This document shows positions 29,186-38,858 of a DNA stretch of 64,000 nucleotides, piece by piece. The notes beneath the pieces are model-generated. The model was given only the letters and a program-made list of their open reading frames with translations, did not search any database and was not told the DNA's origin. Source of the stretch: Candidatus Latescibacterota bacterium (lineage in GTDB: Bacteria; Latescibacterota; UBA2968); contig OZ241986.1 in NCBI GenBank assembly GCA_965204375.1, positions 4,000,001 to 4,064,000 on the forward strand. The letters are read 5' to 3'. How positions within the stretch are numbered: the stretch's first letter is position 1; each line of letters opens with the position of its first letter. Made by a program: the position numbers and the translations under genes.

Positions 29186-30673
29186 ATGATAAAAACCTGC
29201 GCGATCATCTCATTCCTCGTATGCATCTTGCCAACGGGCACTTGCCATTCTTATCAGCTTGTTGGAGCGGAAGCATTATCTGAAGAACTCGTCGCGCAAC
29301 ACTACACCATCAACACCAACCTCGACGCCGTCATCGTTGTAGATAGAACAATCCCAACCTTTGAATACCATACCTACTACAGTGCTGGCTCGACAGATGA
29401 AGAGGAAGGGAAACAAGGACGGCTACACTTCTTAGAGCACATCATGGCAGGTACTGGAAGCCATGAGCCGGGAAAACTCAACGAAATTATCGTCAAGAAT
29501 GGAGGTCAAAATTATGCCGCTACAACTATCCATCATATGTACTTAAGAATGCGATTTCCGAAGGACAAATTTGACCTTGCAGTTGAAATAGACCGCGATA
29601 GATATTACGGCACGTTGATCAATGAAGAGGTCGTTGAAAACGAAAAGAAAATTGTACTAACGGAAAAAAGTCGTAATTCAGCAAACTCAAACAGAAAATT
29701 CTCCAATCGTTTTTGGGGCCTGGTCTATAAAAAAAAGGATTTTAGTGGCGTTGGGACTGAGGACTTTATTAAACAACTCGAAGCCGATGATTTGGAAGAT
29801 TACTATGATAATTTCCTGCGCCGCCAGAAGAGATTGGTCGTGGTGGTCGGCGATGTGGATATGGACCATGTCCTGACCAAACTGGACGAAGCCTATGGCA
29901 ATGAGCAAATACCAGACGAATTATCGAGCGAATCACCTTCTCCTCAATTTCCCAATCCTGAAATACTCGAAAAAAAAGTAAAAGACACTTCAAAAAGTCT
30001 CCGTATTGCCAAATTCAGGAAAAGTTGGCAAACCCCTCATTTAGGCCATCGCGACTATGCAACCTTGCTCATTCTTGCTCGCATTATGACCAAAACCTCT
30101 AATTCCTTGCGATCTTCTGTGATTGATGCCAAGCTCGCCCGGATTTTCAGGGTGTCGTTTTACCACTATAAAGGATTTAGTTTGCTGAGTTGCACGGCAG
30201 ACCTGCCGACCGACGCTTCCATAGATGCTATAGAGAATGCTATCCAAACAGAATTGGAGGAAATTAGAGCGAGCGGTGTCTCTGAGGACGAATTTACTGC
30301 GGCCCAAAATCTGCAATTAAAATCAATGTATTCCAGATTTTATGACAGATCGAGAATGGCCCTTGAGTTCGGGCGGGCATTCGCCCATGCCAACGATCCC
30401 TTACTATATCCAAAAATGATAAAAGATCTCAAATCTGCCCGCAGAGACGACATACCGCGCCTTGTAGATCAATATCTGACGAATGACAATTCCATAACCC
30501 TCTCACTAACGATGCCAGAAAAAAAACGGTCTCTAATCACCGTGATATTTGGGAGTATTCTCATTATTTTTCCAGCTATTATGGTTCTATTTCCTGTGAT
30601 ATGGTTTATCAGAAAACTGATTAGTAAATCCTCCCCAAAGGCCAATGAATATGCTCCTGAAAGTGATACTTAG
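29186..30673 (+). CDS. M16 zinc peptidase, catalytic subunit, exported, with C-terminal TM anchor; copy 2
   Basis: HFLEH; paralogue of 19973; hydrophobic tail ITVIFGSILIIFPAIMVLFPVIWFI. Confidence 0.88.
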   Translation: MIKTCAIISFLVCILPTGTCHSYQLVGAEALSEELVAQHYTINTNLDAVIVVDRTIPTFEYHTYYSAGSTDEEEGKQGRLHFLEHIMAGTGSHEPGKLNEIIVKNGGQNYAATTIHHMYLRMRFPKDKFDLAVEIDRDRYYGTLINEEVVENEKKIVLTEKSRNSANSNRKFSNRFWGLVYKKKDFSGVGTEDFIKQLEADDLEDYYDNFLRRQKRLVVVVGDVDMDHVLTKLDEAYGNEQIPDELSSESPSPQFPNPEILEKKVKDTSKSLRIAKFRKSWQTPHLGHRDYATLLILARIMTKTSNSLRSSVIDAKLARIFRVSFYHYKGFSLLSCTADLPTDASIDAIENAIQTELEEIRASGVSEDEFTAAQNLQLKSMYSRFYDRSRMALEFGRAFAHANDPLLYPKMIKDLKSARRDDIPRLVDQYLTNDNSITLSLTMPEKKRSLITVIFGSILIIFPAIMVLFPVIWFIRKLISKSSPKANEYAPESDT

Positions 30674-32000
30674 TTTTGCCCTGTGCTACGTGGTTGGTAT
30701 CCTGTCCGCTTATGCAGAGATTTCTAACCACCAAATTTTTTATCGCCAAGACAAACGCGCCCCGTTGACCAAAATTGAAATCGTCTTTCTCGGAGCGGGA
30801 AGCAACCAGGAATCGCCTGCTCAAAATGGACTGGTAGAGATAGCCTCAAAGTTGATTTGGAAGGACATAAAAAAGCGAGGGTACATAGATCAACTGGCAG
30901 TATTAGGCACTGAGTTATATGTCTTCGCCAACACAACATCCCTGACCGTATCCATTTCTACCCTGTCTGAGAATTGCGCTGAGTCCATAGAAATAGTCCG
31001 CGATTCCATACACAACTTCGATTTTTCCGAGTCCGACCTGGAAGATGTGAAAGAGCGAGAGGTGACTAATTATCGAAATGATCGGGAAAGAAATACCGCT
31101 AATCTTATGAGAAATTTTGCACTTGCACGAACAAAAGGAATAAAGAAACTCAGATCCTTAAAAACGCTGAAAAACCTTTCTGCAAAGGACATCAGACAGT
31201 ATTATGCGCGGCTTTTGAAAACAGAAGTGGTGTTTTTTAAGATACTCTCAAACCGAGATTCCACCGAGATCACCAAAATGCTTCATCCAATTATAGAAAA
31301 ACGAGAGACCCGACGACAGGCAGGTGGGTTTGTGCATTCATTGGCACCTTCAGAGGCCAATTATTATTTTGGTCCTTCGGCTTTTGTCTTTGAGAATTAT
31401 TCAAACTTAAAAAATGTTTTCTGTTATTGGCTGATCCCCTATGGGAGTATAGGGGAAACAAATTATATTTCTCCAATGATATCCATGATGCTTGGGCGAT
31501 CTGGTGCCCAAGGGTTGCTCTACAAATATTTTAGAGAAGAGTTGGGATTGGTCTATAGTACTGCTTGCAGTTATCGATCATCAAAAAATATCAGGTTTCT
31601 CGAAATTTATGCAGATCCCCAGTTACAGAACAGCGAAGAACTGATTGTAAAAATGTCCGACTTCATCCGAGGGCTTCCCGACAACCCCCGCTTTTGGGAG
31701 GGAATAAAAGCGTTGCGTGAGAATAGCAATATCGCCTATGCCCATGTCCATGAACGATTGACACCACAACAAAGACTGAACAGGGAGGTATATAGCGCCA
31801 TCTATAATCCTCCAAGCCGCAAAGGCGGTTATGATTCGGTTACTGATGAGGAGGTGTATGCCTTTCTCGAAAAATTCTTTGTCCCGCAGAATATGATCAT
31901 GATCTTTGTCGGTCCGAAGGATTACATCATAGACATTCTGAATAGACACTTGCCTGAAGTTGATATTCGCGTTCACAATACCAAAGAATTGATTGAGTAA
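30645..32000 (+). CDS. M16 peptidase non-catalytic subunit, exported; copy 2
   Basis: No HxxEH; FREELGLVY; paralogue of 21444. Confidence 0.82.
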   Translation: MNMLLKVILSFALCYVVGILSAYAEISNHQIFYRQDKRAPLTKIEIVFLGAGSNQESPAQNGLVEIASKLIWKDIKKRGYIDQLAVLGTELYVFANTTSLTVSISTLSENCAESIEIVRDSIHNFDFSESDLEDVKEREVTNYRNDRERNTANLMRNFALARTKGIKKLRSLKTLKNLSAKDIRQYYARLLKTEVVFFKILSNRDSTEITKMLHPIIEKRETRRQAGGFVHSLAPSEANYYFGPSAFVFENYSNLKNVFCYWLIPYGSIGETNYISPMISMMLGRSGAQGLLYKYFREELGLVYSTACSYRSSKNIRFLEIYADPQLQNSEELIVKMSDFIRGLPDNPRFWEGIKALRENSNIAYAHVHERLTPQQRLNREVYSAIYNPPSRKGGYDSVTDEEVYAFLEKFFVPQNMIMIFVGPKDYIIDILNRHLPEVDIRVHNTKELIE

Positions 32001-32218
32001 ACTGTCTGAAGCGGTGTACAACTGGTCGATTTACAGACCAGTTCATCAGAGCCTGCACTGGAGTGATTCTATCCAGTGATGGGCAGGATGGAAGGATGGC
32101 CAGGATGAGAATCCGTAGATCATGAGTATCGGTTGTTTACTTTGCGACTGGGTTTGGATATATTTTATGGGTGACCATTACTGGGATGCCTCTCCCCTTT
32201 TTAAGGAGGACAATCACA

Positions 32219-32449
32219 ATGAGCAATGATATAACTACAGAAGCGACAGTCACGCTGAGCATTCAGCAACTGGAAGGACTTATCCGCAAGGTGGTTCGTG
32301 AAGAACTCATCGAATTGGTAAAACAGAAACCAGAAATTTTCAACCTCGATAAGAACGCTCCGCTTTATGAGGATATGGAGGATATTCTTAAAAGAAAAAA
32401 ATCAGGTCAATTGAAGTTTTATACGCACGCAGAAATTTGGGATGAATGA
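32219..32449 (+). CDS. Putative antitoxin
   Basis: AAGGAGG RBS; 76 aa, LEGLIRKVVREEL...YTHAEIW; overlaps the toxin start. Confidence 0.6.
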   Translation: MSNDITTEATVTLSIQQLEGLIRKVVREELIELVKQKPEIFNLDKNAPLYEDMEDILKRKKSGQLKFYTHAEIWDE

Positions 32450-32771
32450 ATATCAAGCGTTTTATGAGGGTCGATTCGCCCGAAACCTTTCGCGCTATTC
32501 GAATATACGCCAGCGCATCAAGCGAAGAGTTGAGCAGATTCTCAAAAACCCCTATGATCGCACAGAACGTCTTGGGCAGGTTTCTGGAGGATTAGATTTG
32601 CGGGGTTGCCGCAGTGCTCGGGTGGATAGAAACTTCAGATTGATTTTTGTTATCTGTGAAGAATGTCGGTATATACAAGCGTGTCAGTATTGCCTTTGCG
32701 AGGGCAGAGAAGATAAAACAATTGTTTTCTTAACGGTTGGGCCACACAATAGGGCTTATACGATGAGATGA
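32442..32771 (+). CDS. RelE/ParE-like toxin with Cys-rich insertion
   Basis: ILKNPY, LRGCRSARVDRNFRLIF, FLTVGPHNRAY; insert CEEC..CQYC.C. Confidence 0.7.
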   Translation: MNEYQAFYEGRFARNLSRYSNIRQRIKRRVEQILKNPYDRTERLGQVSGGLDLRGCRSARVDRNFRLIFVICEECRYIQACQYCLCEGREDKTIVFLTVGPHNRAYTMR

Positions 32772-32789
32772 ACATAGAACGGATAAAAA

Positions 32790-33392
32790 ATGGAAGCGTT
32801 TATTATTATGATCATCATCGTTACCGTAGTTCTGGTGCTTGGTGGCCGATGGGCAAAAAATTTCTTTGGTTGCTGCTGCCACGAGTGTGGATCCAAAATG
32901 CAACCATTCGAAAAATTGTCCAATGGTGATAAGTCCGATATTCTGGCTTACTTTAAGCGGTTTGAGGACCGCGAGCCAGACGCGGAGGGCATTTTCGTTT
33001 GTAACAATTGCCTGATTGTGTACGATGATTTTTCGGGCGAAAAACGAACGATGGATGGTGACGAAAGATCTTTCTGCAAGGTGTGCAACTCTTCAGGTGT
33101 ATGGTATATAGGCTCCATAGTGTCTCCTAATGAATTGGAGAAATTCCAGGAACGGAATAAAAACCTGATTGAACGAGTTGAGTGCCTGCGATGCCAAAGA
33201 AAACCGGCAGGGTTTTGGGACTGTATTCCATGCGACACAGAGATCAAGATAACGGCTTGCCGACGTTGCTATTCCATTTATACCTGGATGCCTTTTGGCA
33301 GAAGTCGATACAGATTTCATGTCCTGCTTTCGGACAGGGAAATCATCAAGGACTCACCCGACTCAAAGTGGGGTGTATTTGAGTTCGAGTAA
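32790..33392 (+). CDS. Cys-rich membrane-anchored protein (six CxxC), copy 2
   Basis: Colinear paralogue of 23054-23653. Confidence 0.8.
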   Translation: MEAFIIMIIIVTVVLVLGGRWAKNFFGCCCHECGSKMQPFEKLSNGDKSDILAYFKRFEDREPDAEGIFVCNNCLIVYDDFSGEKRTMDGDERSFCKVCNSSGVWYIGSIVSPNELEKFQERNKNLIERVECLRCQRKPAGFWDCIPCDTEIKITACRRCYSIYTWMPFGRSRYRFHVLLSDREIIKDSPDSKWGVFEFE

Positions 33393-33420
33393 ACGACCTT
33401 ATGCAAAGCAGATCGAAACA

Positions 33421-33451
33421 AAAAAGCCGACGCAAATGGTCGGCTTTTTTT
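33421..33451. terminator. Bidirectional rho-independent terminator
   Basis: AAAAAGCCGAC-GCAAATG-GTCGGCTTTTTT between convergent genes. Confidence 0.8.
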
Positions 33452-33469
33452 ATTTACTCATTTCACCCC

Positions 33470-35242
33470 TCAAGACGAACTTTCCGGCGGATCTTCAAGG
33501 CGATAGGCCGAGGTAATATTGGGAATCTTGCGGAGATTTTGCAGAAGTTCTTCGAGGTGGTCGGCATCTTTGATCTCCACCTGGAATTGGTTGTCGATTT
33601 CCTCGCGCCTGGTCTCGATACTCGCACCCACAATAGGAACACCGAGATTGGACATAACCTGTGTCATATCGGATAACAAATTGGTGCGATCCTGACCCGT
33701 GACCTGGATAGTAGCAGTAAAAGTCTCTGCCTGATCGCGATCGACCATATCGCGCCCCAGACGAACGCTCTGATTAAAAGCCTCTTCGCGCAGAACCCGT
33801 CGAATACAACTTCGCGCCTTGGCACTCTTGACAAAACCGAGCCAATCGCGGTGCGGACGCTGGTGCGGCGACGTAATAATCTCAACCGTCTGCCCTGTTT
33901 CAAGCGGCGTAGAAAGTGACACCATCTGACTGTCAATACGGGCACCCACGCAGCGATTGCCAATTTCGGTATGCACTGCAAAGGCAAAATCGACAGGTGT
34001 GGCCTCATCGGGAAGCTGAATCAAATCGCCCTGGGGCGTAAAAACATAAATCTCATTTGAAAAAAGATCGACCTTGAGTTCCTCGATAATCTCTTGAGGC
34101 TCTGATGCCTCCCCCTGCCACTCGAGCATATTGCGAAGCCCGTCTATGTGCTGATCGAGTTCCGACCTTTCTGGAGACCCCTCTTTGTAAAGCCAGTGTG
34201 CTGCAATACCCTCTTCTGCTGTTTGGTGCATCTCGTGGGTGCGTATCTGCACCTCGATCATCAACCCGCGCGGACCTATCACCGTCGTGTGCAAAGACTG
34301 ATACATATTGCTCTTGGGCGTTGCAATAAAATCCTTAAACCGGGGCATAACCGGTGTATAGAGCGAATGAATCATACCCAGAACGTGATAACATTCCTGG
34401 ACCGTATCGACCAGTATGCGAATAGCCAACAAATCGTAGATATCTTCAAAAGCTTTGCTCCGCGTCTGCATCTTTCGGTGAATACTGAAGAAATTTTTGG
34501 GACGCCCCGTGATCTCCCCGCGAATATTTGCTTCCTTGAGTATTTTTTGCAGCGGCACGCGCATCTCTTCAATATAGGCCTCGCGTTCTCGTCTCTTAAG
34601 GCGAATCTTTTTGCTAATCGCGCGATAGGCTTCGGGTTCGAGCCACTTGAGAGCCAGGTCTTCAAGCTCCCACCGAATGCGCGCAACCCCCAAACGGTGC
34701 GCCAGAGGCGCGTAAATATCCAGACTCTCGCGCGCCATGCGCTCGCGCGTTTCAGGAGGCAGGGGATCCAGCGTGCGCATATTGTGCAGGCGTTCGCAAA
34801 ACTTAATGAGAACAACGCGCAAATCGTTGATCAAAGACAGAAACATCTTGCGGAAATTCTCAGCTTGATCGGCCTCTTGCGATTGAAAAGACAGATCTTT
34901 GATCCTGGTCACACCGTCAACCAGATCGGCAATATGAGAACCAAAATGACGCGCGATTTGTGCGTGGGTCGCTGTGCCGTGCGCTATGGTATCGTGCAAA
35001 ATACCAGCCACCAGAGTTGCAGTATCCTGATTGAGGTCGATAAGAATGCGCCCAACCTCAAGCGCGTGTACAATATACGGCTGGCCCGACTTGCGAAAAT
35101 GATCCTGATGTGCCTTCTTGGCAAAATGAAAGGCGCGGGTCAAGAGTTTTACATTGTAATCGGAACGGCTTTGAAGCGCATGTTGGAGAAATGCGTCAAA
35201 GATGGGATCATCTGCGAGGGATTTTTGGGGGAGTTTGGTCAT
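33470..35242 (-). CDS. rel: RelA/SpoT homologue (HD-SYNTH-TGS-ACT), shortened
   Basis: RKSGQPYIVH, YAPLAHRLG, GRPK, YQSLHTT, EVQIRT, TGS DFAFAVHTEIG, C-terminal ACT. Confidence 0.9.
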   Translation of the reverse strand: MTKLPQKSLADDPIFDAFLQHALQSRSDYNVKLLTRAFHFAKKAHQDHFRKSGQPYIVHALEVGRILIDLNQDTATLVAGILHDTIAHGTATHAQIARHFGSHIADLVDGVTRIKDLSFQSQEADQAENFRKMFLSLINDLRVVLIKFCERLHNMRTLDPLPPETRERMARESLDIYAPLAHRLGVARIRWELEDLALKWLEPEAYRAISKKIRLKRREREAYIEEMRVPLQKILKEANIRGEITGRPKNFFSIHRKMQTRSKAFEDIYDLLAIRILVDTVQECYHVLGMIHSLYTPVMPRFKDFIATPKSNMYQSLHTTVIGPRGLMIEVQIRTHEMHQTAEEGIAAHWLYKEGSPERSELDQHIDGLRNMLEWQGEASEPQEIIEELKVDLFSNEIYVFTPQGDLIQLPDEATPVDFAFAVHTEIGNRCVGARIDSQMVSLSTPLETGQTVEIITSPHQRPHRDWLGFVKSAKARSCIRRVLREEAFNQSVRLGRDMVDRDQAETFTATIQVTGQDRTNLLSDMTQVMSNLGVPIVGASIETRREEIDNQFQVEIKDADHLEELLQNLRKIPNITSAYRLEDPPESSS

Positions 35243-35258
35243 AGAGACCTCCGCATCA

Positions 35259-37802
35259 TCACGCCCAGGTAATCAACCCGGTATCACATATAGAATTGAG
35301 ATCCTGATGGTGTGGGCAGATGCGAACCGTATAGCCCCATCGGCCGCTTTTTTGCAAAGGCAGGTGCCCCACAAAAGTATGGGGACTCTTGAGTACCATA
35401 GGCAGCGACTCACCCTGGACAATCTGCCCCTCTGCGCCGACCTGCCCGTGAAAAATTTCGACAGCCACATCCTCTACACTCAAGTCGCCCAACGCGACAT
35501 CCGCGCGAATCTCGACCTTGTCGCCCACATGTGATGTTTGAGCCTTGCTCGACTTTACAGAGCGGACCGCGACATCCTTCCACCCATGGCGAACTCTATC
35601 TTTCCATTCGGCCAGAGCACTGGCTCTCGCGCCATTGTTATCCGAGAGGTCTTTTGATCGTACATGCGCCTTCAAATAGAACCGCTCGGTATATTCCTGC
35701 ACCATGCGGTGGGTATTGAACTTTGGACACAACACGCGCATAGCATTCTTCATCCGGGCGATCCATCCTCTGGGCAATCCATCCACACCGCGATTATAAA
35801 AAAGCGGCACCGCTTCTTTCTCGAGAATATTGTAAATTGCCCGCGCTTCAATCTGATTTTGATACGCCGGATCGTCGTATTCTTTGCCGTGACCTATCTC
35901 CCAACCCAATTCCGGTTGATACGCTTCGGCCCACCAGCCATCGAGCACACTGAGATTTAGCGCGCCATTGGCAACGGCTTTCATGCCACTGGTACCGCTC
36001 GCTTCCTGGGGTCTCATCGGCGTATTCAGCCAGATATCGACCCCTTGCACGAGATAACGCGCCACACACATATCGTAATTTTCGATAAAAACCAGACGGC
36101 GATGGAGATACTCGCGTTGTGTAAGACTGAAAATTTCCTGGATAAATTCCTTCCCCGCATGGTCTTGCGGATGCGCCTTGCCCGCAAAAATAACCTGAAC
36201 GGGACGTTCTTCATTGCACAAAATACGCGTGAGCCGCTCGAGATCGTGAAACAAGAGCGTCGCGCGTTTATAAGTCGCAAAACGCCTGGCAAATCCAATC
36301 GTAAGCGCATCGGAAGTCAGAACCTCGTCGGCGCGCGCCATATCGATTGACGACGCTATTTCTCGCTGCAACTGCTTTCTGAGACGCTGCCGCGCAAATG
36401 CAACGAGGCGTTCTCTCCTGCGCTCGTGGACGCGCCAGAGTTCCTCGGGCGGAATGTGGTCTATCGTCTCCCACACACTCTGATCGTGTGGCTCCTCCAG
36501 GCGCCGGGGGCCCATATAATTGTCTTCAAGGGCGCGCATTTGTTGCGAAATATGGGAAGCAATATGAACGCCATTGGTAATGGATTCGACGGGTATTTCA
36601 TTCTTCGGCAGCCCGGGCCACAGCGACTGCCACATACTGCGCGAAACCTCGCCGTGAAGTTTGCTGACGCCATTGCGATAGGACGAGAGCCTGAACGCGA
36701 GCACTGTCATATTAAAACCGTCGCCGGATCTTTGGGGACCGCCCTGTCCCAAAGCGAGAAACGCGGACATGGAAAGACCGAGTTCATGCGCGTAGGACCT
36801 GAAGTATTTTTCGATCAGAGAAACGGGAAAGACATCGTGCCCGGCTGGAACGGGGGTATGGGTCGTAAAAACGTGACCTGCTGACGTGTACTCTGCCGCC
36901 TGATCAAATGTGGCACCATTATTATGCATCGCCTGCCGGATGCGCTCCAGCCCCAGAAAAGCCGAATGCCCTTCATTCATGTGGCATACGGTGGGCTGTA
37001 TGCCCAAGGCATTGAGCGCGCGCACACCGCCAATACCCAGCAGAATTTCCTGCCGAATGCGCGTCTCACTATCGCCACCGTAGAGTTGTGCTGTAATTTC
37101 GCGGATAGACGGCGGGTTTTCCATCAAATTGGTATCGAGCAAGTACAGGGGGATGCGCCCAACCTGCACTTTCCATATCCGCACCCGCGCTTCTGCTTCG
37201 GGAAATGCGAGGGTAATGGTGACATCCCGACCGCGTTCATCGCGAACAATCTGGACGGGCAGCGCGTAATAATCATTTTCGGTATATTCTTCTTGTTGCC
37301 AACCATCATTTGTGAGATACTGATTGAAATATCCGTGTTGATACAGCAGACCCACAGCAGAAAATGGCAACCCCAGTGTACTCGCAGACTTGAGGTGATC
37401 CCCGGCCAACACCCCCAGACCACCCGAATAGATCGGCAGGCTCTCGGTAAGACCAAACTCCGCTGAAAAATAGGCGATTTGAACATCGGACGCTGTTTTG
37501 CCATGGGCAGAGTGAAAATAGGTCTCCCCGTCCATAAACGCGCGCAAAGACTCAGACACGCGCTTAAAATGCGCTATGAATCCCGGATTTTTAGAAAGTT
37601 GATTCAGGCGTTCCTGGCTGATATCATTGAGCATACGCACTGGATTGTGATAAACTGTTTCCCAGAGAATGGGATCGATGCGTCGAAACAGATCCATCGT
37701 ATCCGGATCCCACGCCCAGCGCAAGTTGTAAGCCAGTGCTTCCAGGCCCTGAAGGGATTTGGGCAGCGAGGGTTTGACAACAAATGTAGAAATTGGTTTC
37801 AC
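35259..37802 (-). CDS. glgP: Alpha-glucan (glycogen) phosphorylase
   Basis: YSGGLGVLAGD, HMNEGH, FARRFATYKR, EASGTSGMK. Confidence 0.96.
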   Translation of the reverse strand: MKPISTFVVKPSLPKSLQGLEALAYNLRWAWDPDTMDLFRRIDPILWETVYHNPVRMLNDISQERLNQLSKNPGFIAHFKRVSESLRAFMDGETYFHSAHGKTASDVQIAYFSAEFGLTESLPIYSGGLGVLAGDHLKSASTLGLPFSAVGLLYQHGYFNQYLTNDGWQQEEYTENDYYALPVQIVRDERGRDVTITLAFPEAEARVRIWKVQVGRIPLYLLDTNLMENPPSIREITAQLYGGDSETRIRQEILLGIGGVRALNALGIQPTVCHMNEGHSAFLGLERIRQAMHNNGATFDQAAEYTSAGHVFTTHTPVPAGHDVFPVSLIEKYFRSYAHELGLSMSAFLALGQGGPQRSGDGFNMTVLAFRLSSYRNGVSKLHGEVSRSMWQSLWPGLPKNEIPVESITNGVHIASHISQQMRALEDNYMGPRRLEEPHDQSVWETIDHIPPEELWRVHERRRERLVAFARQRLRKQLQREIASSIDMARADEVLTSDALTIGFARRFATYKRATLLFHDLERLTRILCNEERPVQVIFAGKAHPQDHAGKEFIQEIFSLTQREYLHRRLVFIENYDMCVARYLVQGVDIWLNTPMRPQEASGTSGMKAVANGALNLSVLDGWWAEAYQPELGWEIGHGKEYDDPAYQNQIEARAIYNILEKEAVPLFYNRGVDGLPRGWIARMKNAMRVLCPKFNTHRMVQEYTERFYLKAHVRSKDLSDNNGARASALAEWKDRVRHGWKDVAVRSVKSSKAQTSHVGDKVEIRADVALGDLSVEDVAVEIFHGQVGAEGQIVQGESLPMVLKSPHTFVGHLPLQKSGRWGYTVRICPHHQDLNSICDTGLITWA

Positions 37803-37822
37803 AGCGTTTTATCTCCTGAATG

Positions 37823-38845
37823 TCACACATCTTCAACAGCGACGACCGCATCTGTTTCCCACGATTTTATCGCCGCTTCAATAACCATCTGTGCTTTGAG
37901 TGCTTCTTCACCCGAACCTTCGATATCTTCGGGAGATGCGTCTTCGAGATTTTGCTCTATCCACCGCCCAATGCGGCTTTGAAATGTTTCGTTGAACCCC
38001 ATCATACCGCCGATATAGTCATAGCGTTCGAGTTCCATTGAGCGGCGGGGATGAAAATGCAGGCGTTCACAGGCTTCTTCCAGCACAAAGCGAGCATCTG
38101 ATCCGGCGACTTCGAGACGTTCAAGACCATAAGACCCCCCCGGTCCCGTGGCATCGTAACTTCCGGTGAGATTGCCCACCGTACCGTCTGCAAAGCGCAT
38201 ATTGAGTTGCATATTTGACCAGCACACACGGCGATTGCCATCTTTGTCCACGCCGCGCTTAAAAAAGGCACTTACTTTTTCAATATCACCGCAAAAGTAG
38301 CGCATAACGTCGATAGAGTGCGGGTGCAGGGCGCGAATGTGGAACCACGGCGACGTTTCTCGGGGGTTATTGATCCACATCGTCATATTGATAATATTGA
38401 TCTCGCCCAGCCTACCCTGATCAACCCATTCTTTGGCACGCGCAGCAGCAGGTGTAAAGCGGTGATTGAGATCAATACCGTAGCGCAGATTTTTATCTTT
38501 TGCTTTGGCAACCATCTCTTTTGCCTCGTCAATATTATTCGAAATCGGTTTTTCCCCGAGTACATGAACACCCGCTTCGAGGAGTTCCATCGTGGGTTTA
38601 TAGTGATCGCCACCATTTTCATGACCAGCAGTCGCAACACTTGCCACCGCGATATCCAGCCCCGCGTTGAGCATATCCTGCACAGTATAAAATGCCCTGG
38701 CACCGTATTGCGACGCCGCGGCATCTGCGCGTTTTCGGTCTATATCGCAAACCGCAACGAGATTGCACTGGTCGTGACCATTATAGATAGTGGCGTGTCG
38801 GTTGCCAATCCCCCCCAAACCGACCACGGCGACATTTAATCCCAT
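37823..38845 (-). CDS. Gfo/Idh/MocA oxidoreductase
   Basis: VVGLGGIG, GEKP, HSIDVMRY. Confidence 0.9.
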   Translation of the reverse strand: MGLNVAVVGLGGIGNRHATIYNGHDQCNLVAVCDIDRKRADAAASQYGARAFYTVQDMLNAGLDIAVASVATAGHENGGDHYKPTMELLEAGVHVLGEKPISNNIDEAKEMVAKAKDKNLRYGIDLNHRFTPAAARAKEWVDQGRLGEINIINMTMWINNPRETSPWFHIRALHPHSIDVMRYFCGDIEKVSAFFKRGVDKDGNRRVCWSNMQLNMRFADGTVGNLTGSYDATGPGGSYGLERLEVAGSDARFVLEEACERLHFHPRRSMELERYDYIGGMMGFNETFQSRIGRWIEQNLEDASPEDIEGSGEEALKAQMVIEAAIKSWETDAVVAVEDV

Positions 38846-38858
38846 TAAAAACTCCTTT

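Noticed and set aside
34148-35272. 374-aa plus-strand ORF, and similar long antisense ORFs opposite glgP, uvrA and the ABC genes
   Set aside because: They are shadows of well-supported genes on the other strand and have no motifs of their own.
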